Below are positions 1 to 7,000 of a stretch of 7,000 nt of DNA, one piece after another; positions within the stretch are counted from its first letter, which is position 1; each line of letters begins with the position of its first letter. The position numbers were made by a program, and so were the translations under genes. The stretch comes from Takakia lepidozioides (Eukaryota > Plantae > Bryophyta): positions 1-7,000 of the forward strand of contig JAKLZA010000114.1 in assembly GCA_030704615.1 (NCBI GenBank), written 5' to 3'. The notes beneath the pieces are model-generated. The model had not been told where the DNA came from. It was given only the letters and a program-made list of their open reading frames with translations, and did not search any database.

Positions 1-58
1 CCTCAAACAGGTGCCCCTGAAGACCAAATTTTGCACCCAGAAACATTGAAATGTTCAG
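1..58 (+). repeat. Partial copy of the ~116-bp tandem unit; the array probably continues upstream of the window
   Basis: 1-58 aligns ungapped to 922-979 with 54/58 identity and stops at the first 3 nt (CAG) of the unit's palindrome. Confidence 0.9.
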
Positions 59-160
59 GTTTCCTTTGTCCACGCGCCAGTTTTGGCCTCTCTCCGCTGA
101 TGGCATGGATGCCACCTGACGCTTACAGAGGTCGAACAAGGAGGTTCGACATGGCGGGAT

Positions 161-621
161 TGAAAATGCGGTGCGCATTTCATATTGGGGATGGTCGTTG
201 TTCGAACTGCAGGCCCATCAGCAAAATTGGCACCGCATTCTTTTTAAAAAAGGTCGATGACGGACTGAATGCGCGCCGGCATTTCCAGAACGGACTTCGC
301 AATTTGTCCATTTGCAGACCCTCTCTCGGAAATGCGGTCCACGCATTCCATCGCGCTGGTCGGAAATGTCACACTTTTCGAAGTGTTGTACGCAACTGCG
401 GCACCTGCATTCCTTTGTCCAAAAGAAGTTTCCATTGCCAAGCTGGAAATGCGTCGCCGCATTCCAATGCCAACTCGGTTTCTGATCAATTTATAACCCG
501 TGTTGGTTTTCGTGTACCTGGACGGAATGATGCACCGCATTTTCTTTGTCCCACATGGAAATGCGGTCCGCATTTCGATGCCGACATGGAATGCGGTGCC
601 GGATTTCCATGTCCGACATGG
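161..621. repeat. Cluster of short imperfect palindromes, consensus GGAAATGCG-(3-5 nt)-CGCATT(T)CC
   Basis: Units at 164-180, 230-240 (half), 267-286, 328-349, 397-413, 444-466, 524-543, 558-576 (perfect 9-bp arms GAAATGCGG-T-CCGCATTTC) and 583-613 (GACATGGAA...TTCCATGTC). Eight exact ATGCGG/CCGCAT hexamers start at 166, 233, 332, 457, 535, 561, 568 and 591. Confidence 0.85.
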
Positions 622-873
622 GCGTTACTCTGGTATATTCTTGACACATGACTCACATACCGGTTACTCTGCTTATTCACATCCCGACAGACACATTGTA
701 GAAATGAGACATCAAATTGTAAACAGTGCAATTCCGACAGTTATTCAACACAATGAAACACCAGTCATACAGAAGTGAGGTACGATTGGTTTATTGATCG
801 GACACGATGTCTCACATTTCCAACTGCAGACAAAACTATCCCTTCCTCCTTCTACATGGGCTTCACCAAGTCG

Positions 874-1765
874 GTGCGTTGCCGCACACTGTTTGGGCTG
901 ACATTGAAGGGTTCATTTCATCCTCAAACTGGTGCCCCTGAAGTCCAAATTTTGCACCCTGAAACATTGAAGTGTTCAGCTCAAATAGTATGCGTTGCCG
1001 CACACTGTTTAAGCTGAGAGTGTAGGGTTCATTTCATCCTCAGATAGGTGCCCCTGGAGTTCAAATTTTCACCACCCTGAAACATTGAAATGTTCAGCTC
1101 AAACAGTGTGCGTTGCCGCACACTGTTTGAGCTGGCAGTGCAGGGTTCATTCCATCCTCAGAAAGGTACCCATGAAGTCCAGATTTTGCACCCTTAAACA
1201 TTGAATTGTTCAACTCAAACAGTGTGCGTTGCCGCACACTGTTTGAGCTGGCATTGCAGGGTTCACTCCATCCTCAGAAAGGTACCCATGAAGTCCAAAT
1301 TTTGCACCCTTAAACATTGAAATGTTCAGCTCAAACAGTGTGCGTTGCCGCACACTGTTTGAGCTGGCAGTGCAGGGTTCATTCCATCCTCAGAAAGGTG
1401 CCCCTGAAGTCCAGATTTTGCACCGAAACATTGAAATGTTCAGCTCAAACAGTGTGCGGCGCCGCACACTGTTTGGGCTGGCTGGGAAGGGTTCATTTCA
1501 CCTGTAGATAACTGACTCCAAGGCCAAATTTTGCAACCTACAACATTGAAAAGATCTGCTCAAACAGTGTGCGTTGCCGCACACTGTTTGAGCTGGCAGT
1601 GCGGGTTCATTTCATCCTCAGAAAGGTGTCGTTGAAGGAAGAATTTTGCACCCTTAAACAGTGACATGTGGAGCTCAAACAGTGTGCGGCAACGCACACT
1701 ATTTGAGCTGCCGCTGAATGGTTCTTTCTTTCACAAATACCTGCCATTGAAAGCCGAATTCTTCA
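874..1765 (+). repeat. Tandem array of 8 units of ~116 bp, each with a 40-bp palindrome (18-bp arms, 4-nt core)
   Basis: The equivalent position recurs at 881, 997, 1115, 1231, 1347, 1461, 1576 and 1691 (periods 116, 118, 116, 116, 114, 115, 115). Palindrome CAGCTCAAACAGTGTGCG-TTGC-CGCACACTGTTTGAGCTG lies at 874-900 (partial), 977-1016, 1095-1134, 1211-1250, 1327-1366, 1441-1480, 1556-1595 and 1671-1710. The ~76-bp linkers are also homologous to each other. Confidence 0.97.
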
Positions 1766-2770
1766 CAAATATGGTCCTGTAGATTTTACCTTTTTCCTAG
1801 CTACTCGAGAAGACTCCCCATTTGCCGGGGACCCTTTCCGCTTCGGGCTGCTCTCTTCGCCGACTATGTAGGTGAGCCTCTCCCCCTTCCTCTTTCCCGT
1901 GGTCAGATCGTTCGTGAGGCCAGTGTCAACATCTTCCTCCATGTCGTCTGTCTCTCCCTCAGACGCAGTGTCCTCCTCGCCTGTTCCTGGAACTATGGTG
2001 GGTTGTTGTTTTCTTCTCCAGATTCCTGCTCCTCCATCGCCACACTTTCCTGTATTCCCTCTTCTTCCTTCCTTTTTCCTCTTCCTCCACTCTTTCCATC
2101 CTCATTCTATATCTAGCTCTATTCCTGTTTCTAGAACTCGTGAAGTATAATGACTTCCTTCTCTTCTCTCTCCTCCGCTGGAAACAAGGGCTCCCCACGA
2201 TGCCCCTGGAGCTCTTTAGTTTGACGTTTGCAACAAGTGCTGGTATCGCATGTAACAAAATAAAAATGGACGTTGTCACCGTATTGGATGCGGGTGTTGA
2301 TATTGTGTGCGAACGGAATTCATCCATTTTGTCGTCTTTGTATTACCCAGCTAATAAAGCGCTGAAGAAAAAGAACATCCGTTGCATGCATTTGCGATAT
2401 ATGTCAGATGTACTTCGCCGCCTGCCAATACATGGCGGCCTCCTTGCCTCTTTCAAATTCGAATGCGCCGTAGAAATGTAGTGCTTTTTAATTCCGAGCA
2501 GTTCTTCCAGATTCGCAATAATTGTTATGCTTCACATATGCATCCACGTGTGTTGTACTGCATGCCCTGTGGTTTTTTTTTATGCCGTGACCGTCCCATG
2601 GGGTCATTCGGTATATAAGGATTGTGTCGGATATGACCATGTGTTGCCACACATTCGTGCGAGGTATCTCTTGAGTGTCGGTGTTTGTTCTGTGCTATTC
2701 TGGCGCACAACAATCTCATTAGCAATCGGATCTTCCTGTTTACTGCTCTCCAGGGTTGTTGCCGTCATTT
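1763..2770 (-). pseudogene. Possible frameshifted accessory ORF, divergent from the transposase, with acidic and KRK-rich C-terminus
   Basis: The minus strand is strongly purine-rich at 1800-2180. A stop-free frame from ~2100 to TGA at 1765-1763 ends EEDTASEGETDDMEEDVDTGLTNDLTTGKRKGERLTYIVGEESSPKRKGSPANGESSRVARKKVKSTGPYL*. Protein-like fragments occur in shifting frames upstream (QESVAMEEQESGEENNNP; PFAHNINTRIQYGDNVHFYFVTCDTSTCCKRQ; ALHFYGAFEFERGKEAAMYWQAAKYI). No homolog recognised; the 5' boundary is a guess. Confidence 0.35.
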
Positions 2771-3429
2771 CATAAGGATGGTTTCATGTCATTTTCAGGG
2801 TTTGTTTTCCATCCAAAAACAGTACGGCTTCTTGTGGCTCTGTCTTTCAAAACGGTTTTTCTGGTTGGTGGGAGGTGAAGGTGCACGTCATCCCTACATC
2901 CTTGGCATGCATCGCCGGCAGCCTTTGGTTTGTGCTACCCCTTTGACCTCAGTTTGGTTCTGGGGTGGTATTTCCACTGTCGATAATTACTGGCTCTCAT
3001 TCGGGATTCCGTTCTGAATCGGCAGTTTCGTTCAGTGCTGCTGGAAACATGTCGAGGGAGCGAGATGCATCTCGCTCGATTCCATTCAATGCAGGTACTC
3101 TTCCACTGACTGCCACTGCAGACGACGATGGGTATGCAGTTGTTCATGAGGATGAGCTGGTTACAGTGTTCCCGCGCTGAGTTGGTTTTCTCTGCTTGTT
3201 CAGAAAGAGGTGTATGACGAGGATGGGGAATTTGGATTCTGGGCACTTGGAGAAACCCTTGGTTGGCGAGTGTGGAAGGAAGTGGAGAGTCCTTCCAGGA
3301 ACATACCGTGTCCTTGGAAAAGAGAGAAGACAATCAGCAGGATCAGTCGTTACCCCTGGCACTGCAGCATCGGTCGTGCAACAGAAGGGCACAGTTCCTG
3401 TGAAACAAGAGGTGAGCACATCACTACCT

Positions 3430-3660
3430 TCGTTACTCTTTCGGACTCGTCCTCGGAGGATGTTTCTGAGATTCCTCCGCCAGTGCAAACTCCCTTATTG
3501 GATGATGACGAATTGCAAGAGATAACAAGTGTCATTCCAAAATTGAAAGCCCTCGCAGGTGTGCCTGGGTGCAAGAGCGAGCTACGTTTTGTTGATTGGG
3601 AGTCCCTTCCAGTGCAACGGGTTCAATACGTGCCAGCTCAGTTTGATGGGGACATCTTTT
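3430..3660 (+). CDS. Transposase N-terminal segment preceding the GCM-like domain
   Basis: FVTLSDSSSEDVSEIPPP...KLKALAGVPGCKSELRFVDWESLPVQRVQYVPAQFDGDIF runs directly into the next ORF with a 4-nt overlap (TTGA 3659-3662), indicating a frameshift. Confidence 0.65.
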
Positions 3661-5068
3661 GAGCTCAACCCTCCCACGTCTCCATGTGGACTGGTGGGCT
3701 CTGCAGGGCATGGACAAGAAACATGACGGACATCCTTGGTGCAGGACAAAAACTTCGAACATCCATAACGACATTGGCTTGAAATTTCGGAGGTCGGTTT
3801 GCGTTGGGCATTGCAAGTGCCTGAATATTTCTTGCCCTCGGCTGAGAAACAGCGCTCAGCCAAACGAAAGTGAGTGGGAAGGTGTGCCCCTGAATCCTTT
3901 CACCCCAGGGCTTGCACCTCCCAAGACCAATACTTTTGTGTGCAGGTTCTGCAAACTTTCCCCGTCCTGTGTTTCTGTTTGCCACGCTCGTATGTATCAG
4001 GTGGCACATCGATGCAAGACAATGACTTGTGCCTGCATTCATATGGGTGCACACGAGCATCCTGTGTCCAAAGGGAGTTGCAGGGATAGCGTGGACATCG
4101 CTAGAAATCTACTGAAGCAAGAGTTCCATAATGCCCCTTCTGCAACACCTTCTGCTATAGCGCTTGCAGCTAGCAAGGCATTCCTGGAAAAACACATACT
4201 GGGTGAAGGGGATGCGACACAGCCAATGCTGGATGCAGATTCCCTTGAGGCAGTCATGGACCATTTCTCCGTGTTGAGCTCTCCCAATATTCGAAACCAG
4301 GTGAATGCACTCAGAATGGGCACAGGCACTGCTGGATTCATGGACAACATTATGGACCTCAAACGGAGGAGTCGCTATGAATTCATTCAAAACAGTATCT
4401 TCCCTGGCCAGGGCTCGTCCAAAGTGTATTTGTTCAAGATGTCCGCTGTGGGCCAAGGCAGTGGTGTGAGCATTGTCCGCCGAATGCAACCTGGAGGAGA
4501 TTTGGCTAAATGTTGGTTAATGTTTGATCACTGCAAACGGGTGAAGGGTTGGACAACCATGGCGTGCCATGTGTATGATCCAGCGTACCAGCGTGTGCTC
4601 TCCATAGCAATTTGTGATATGCAGTCGGAGGACACTGAATCCCAGATGCTCATGTGGAATTCCCTCCTGACCGTCATGCAGCGCAATGGAATACAGAACA
4701 CAAATTTTGCGGGCTTCATGGCTGATAGTGCACAGGCAAATTTCAATGCAGTGCGGCGCGTGTTTGGTTCTGGGGATCCTAAGGTCCCCATGGAAAATAG
4801 GGAGCGCACATGCCTCTTCCATTGGAGTCAATCTCTGGCACGTCATACAAAGCGCTGCATTCGCCCTGACCTTCAGTTGGAGCATAGAAGGCTCTGTCTG
4901 AAGTACAAGAATGCCACCTCAATGGGAGAAGCTGAGAGCACTTACCAGGCAATCCGGGCTTGGTGGTTCTCCGCTGGTGCTGCTACAGGTATCCACCTGA
5001 AGGAGTTGGAGGACTGGTTGGTTTTCTGGCACTTCAGGTACAGACAGTGGGGAGCTTTCATGACGACG
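3659..5068 (+). CDS. Transposase exon part: GCM-like domain (~3725-4063) and DDE core with first two Asp and CxxH
   Basis: WCRTKTSNIHN...RRSVCVGHCKC...CRFC...C...GAHEHP parallels the GCM pattern WAMRNTNNHN..KKSCLGVVVC...CPNC...C...GEHDHP. MULE motifs: WLMFD (D 4526-4528), GFMADSAQANFNAVRRVF (D 4724-4726) and RTCLFHW (CxxH 4811-4822). Confidence 0.88.
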
Positions 5069-5205
5069 GTAAGCCTCACAAGTTTTCCTTAAACACAAAT
5101 TGCACTTTGCATCGTGCCTGTTCATTTGGGGTTGTTCGATTGTCACTTGAAGAACCTCTACCATTTCTTTTCCTTCCTCACATTTCCATGCAATGCCTCC
5201 TGCAG
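5069..5205 (+). other. Spliceosomal GT-AG intron, 137 bp, phase 0
   Basis: Donor ACG|GTAAGC at 5069, pyrimidine tract 5161-5187, branch-like CTCAC near 5177 and acceptor TGCAG|GAC at 5205. Removing it joins the two ORFs in frame (WGAFMTT|DMSLEDLADMPSCNLAE) and removes the TAA at 5090-5092. Confidence 0.88.
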
Positions 5206-6026
5206 GACATGTCCTTGGAGGACTTGGCCGACATGCCATCGTGTAATTTGGCAGAGACTGTTCACAATGCCTGGATGCAACAGTCTACCAAAGCAGGTCG
5301 TGACTTGTATGTGGCCACTGCTGATGACATGGTGCGGGCACTTACACAACAAACCAGGTACCGCAATTTTCTGATGGGACGGGGTGGAGGGAAGGGCCCC
5401 GATTCGACTTTGTTGATGCTAAGGGCTGCGAGTAGGTCCGGAGACCCGTCAAAGATGGCCAGAGCTCTAAACAGGTGCACTGAAGGCTCCCCTCTGCAAT
5501 CCAGGCTCCCCCATTTGGAAGGCGAGGAAAGATTTGGATCATGCAAAAGGAAATTAAACACTCTTCCAGGGTCAGATGGAGATTCCCATAGGCCAGACAG
5601 GGTCAATTTCTCTGTGCCAAAGGTGTCTCCAGTGCAGACTAAGTCCTGTGCCGGCCCCTTCCCAGGTGGGTCCTCCTCCTGTGGAGCAGGTGCAGAACAT
5701 GCAAGCATAGCAGCGGAAATCCCATTGGAGGAGGTGGTGGCCATGGTGCAGGAATCTGATTGCATTGATAGTGACTGGCATATAGAACGCACCCCACCAG
5801 GATCTAGAGTGGCTTGCATGGCAATTCGGACCCCCTCTTTCAAGAAATGCAAATCAAAAATATGCAAAGGCTCCAGGGGGACTCCAGCTCCAACATTCAC
5901 AGGGTTGTTCCGACCTTACCATAGTGGGGAGTCAAAAGAACACAAGTTTTGGTTCTGCCCAGACGATATGGCACGATGCGTGAAGGGAACAGTTCGTCCT
6001 TCCGTGATAATGAAGCCCCCTCCCCC
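5206..6026 (+). CDS. Transposase second exon part: catalytic Glu and Cys4 module
   Basis: SCNLAETVHNAW (E 5254-5256) fits the MULE N-x-x-E-x-x-[HN]-N motif for the third catalytic residue. Cys cluster ACMA..KKCKSKI...FWFCPDDMARC lies at ~5776-5990. Confidence 0.82.
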
Positions 6027-6617
6027 GCAATTTGGCCTGTGAAAATTGGGACATCGCTGTCCTCAACCGAGATAAGCATGCTGGAGGAGGGAGGGTTTTG
6101 TCTTGCACGGTCCCGGGTGGTGCCCTTATGCACTGTCGGCACAGATGTGCCACATGCTCCGACAATGCCTCCACCCGGTGCCGACTCCCACCCAACAAAA
6201 AGAGATGGAAAAACAGTGCGCCGTGTTGCTTCGGGTGCAGATCACGAATGCAAGATGGAATCGGCTAGAATTTTGCAGGCTACGGTGACTCGTATCACCG
6301 AAGTCCCTTCCCCGGGGTATGGACGGATTTACACAGTGCTGTCAATTGGCTCAGTTCTTCATGCCAAAGAATATCAAGTTACCATTGGGAATTTCCCATC
6401 GTGCACTTGTCCGGATTTTGTAACGATGCGTGAGGGCGCTCTCGGCATGAGAGGGAAGTGGGTCCCCTGCAAGCATCAATATTACATATACCTTGTAATT
6501 ATGTGTTGCGACGGTAAGAGAGACCAATTCATTCACCAAGCCACACTAGGCTACGGAGAAGTCATCACCCTTCTGCAGCGGGACACCTCGCGTAGAGCTC
6601 CGCCAACTTCTCTTTGA
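6024..6617 (+). CDS. Transposase C-terminal segment with SWIM zinc finger
   Basis: YQVTIGNFPSCTCPDF...WVPCKHQYYIY fits SWIM CxC-xn-CxH (C 6402, C 6408, C 6468, H 6474). It is reached by a frameshift in the C-rich run CCCCCTCCCCC at 6016-6026 (KPPP-P-AIWPVKIG). Confidence 0.85.
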   Translation, partial: PAIWPVKIGTSLSSTEISMLEEGGFCLARSRVVPLCTVGTDVPHAPTMPPPGADSHPTKRDGKTVRRVASGADHECKMESARILQATVTRITEVPSPGYGRIYTVLSIGSVLHAKEYQVTIGNFPSCTCPDFVTMREGALGMRGKWVPCKHQYYIYLVIMCCDGKRDQFIHQATLGYGEVITLLQRDTSRRAPPTSL

Positions 6618-6762
6618 ACACATACGAGCCATGCCCGCTTCCCATGCTGGTTTCCAGGTTGCCGTGTGAAGACTTTTCATTTTATGACAAACATATACAT
6701 TTCGTTCACTTGTGAGGGCAAATGCACTTGCGATTCATTGTAAGCGTCTCTCTGTGAATTGA

Positions 6763-6768
6763 AATAAA
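6763..6768 (+). promoter_or_regulatory. Possible polyadenylation signal AATAAA
   Basis: Hexamer ~145 nt after the transposase stop in an AT-richer segment; position is the only support. Confidence 0.25.
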
Positions 6769-7000
6769 CTGTGTCAATCATTCTGAGCTCAAATCTGCCA
6801 TGTTTACATATTCCTCTTTTTTGGCACGCATTGCAGACATGGTGCATGGTGGCCTCCTTTGTTTTGTCCACGGTAATAGGCCCTCTTCCTGCAATCCTCG
6901 CCTATAGGACCTGCTTCTCCAGCAGATTCATGCCGCTCACGCTTCAAAGCTTGAACGTGAGCTCAGCTCCCAGGCTCACGGGGCTGGGCTCACGCCGTAG

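Larger units (their letters stand above)
3049..6617 (+). pseudogene. Mutator/MULE-superfamily DDE transposase gene (GCM-like domain + DDE core + Cys4 module + SWIM), spliced, with frameshifts as sequenced
   Basis: Overlapping + strand ORFs 2965-3180, 3196-3525/3210-3662, 3659-5092, 4960-6042 and 5949-6617 concatenate into one coherent protein through frameshifts and one intron. Candidate ATG at 3049 is uncertain; stop TGA is at 6615-6617. Confidence 0.85.
1..7000. mobile_element. Internal portion of a large Mutator-like DNA transposon; ends not seen
   Basis: Inferred from the transposase plus adjacent repeat arrays. No TIR pair or 9-11 bp TSD found, so extent and membership of the repeats are unproven. 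Confidence 0.55.

Noticed and set aside
131-150. Hairpin GTCGAAC-AAGGAG-GTTCGAC with a Shine-Dalgarno-like loop before ATG 151
   Set aside because: A 7-bp stem is unremarkable, the host is eukaryotic and the downstream ORF is unsupported.
31-778. ORFs 31-651, 244-573, 269-496, 486-731 and 500-778 as genes
   Set aside because: They overlap in several frames across the palindrome cluster, have no recognisable motif, and their recurring peptides (KCG, NAV, MR) just reflect the AATGCGG repeat.
775-1511. ORFs 775-1017, 1317-1511 and 1322-1507 as genes
   Set aside because: They are translations of the tandem repeat; periods of 115, 116 and 118 bp do not preserve frame.
874-1765. CRISPR array (palindromic 40-bp repeat with regular spacing)
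   Set aside because: The ~76-bp intervening segments are homologous to one another rather than unique, no cas gene is present, and the locus is eukaryotic (spliceosomal intron).
2288-2295. Perfect GCM consensus ATGCGGGT
   Set aside because: A single 8-mer is expected about 0.2 times by chance on both strands of 7 kb, and it is isolated from the clusters.
3650-3700. Programmed -1 ribosomal frameshift (IS-like) at the ORF overlap
   Set aside because: There is no canonical X XXY YYZ slippery heptamer (ATCTTTTGA), and several other frameshifts in the gene point to indels.
3659-5092. Bacterial IS256-family element
   Set aside because: It shares the DDE/CxxH superfamily signature, but the intron, GCM-like and SWIM domains, size and lack of short IS ends indicate a eukaryotic MULE.
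3532-6539. Minus-strand and alternate-frame ORFs inside the transposase (e.g. 5262-5900, 3665-4060, 4109-4489, 4517-4885)
   Set aside because: These are shadow ORFs of a coding region whose + frame carries all the conserved motifs.
1-7000. Terminal inverted repeats and target-site duplication
   Set aside because: No long inverted match between the left and right parts of the window was seen by eye; the ends probably lie outside the window or the element lacks TIRs.

Overview
Eukaryotic, probably land-plant (bryophyte-like, from memory and unverified) DNA-transposon locus. The main gene (+ strand, ~3049-6617) encodes a Mutator/MULE-superfamily DDE transposase with an N-terminal GCM-like Zn-binding DNA-binding domain, an intact D-D-(CxxH)-E catalytic set, a phase-0 GT-AG intron (5069-5205), an unassigned Cys4 module and a C-terminal SWIM finger. 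It is broken by several frameshifts, often in homopolymers, which could be decay or read error. Upstream lie a fragmented divergent minus-strand ORF with an acidic/NLS-like tail (~2770-1763) and a ~116-bp tandem array (8 copies, 874-~1765, plus a partial copy at 1-58). Each array unit carries an 18-4-18 palindrome whose 4-nt core occurs as TTGC, as its inversion GCAA, and as symmetric GCGC. A cluster of short palindromes rich in ATGCGG, the core of the animal GCM binding site, lies at 161-621. No element termini (TIR/TSD) are visible.
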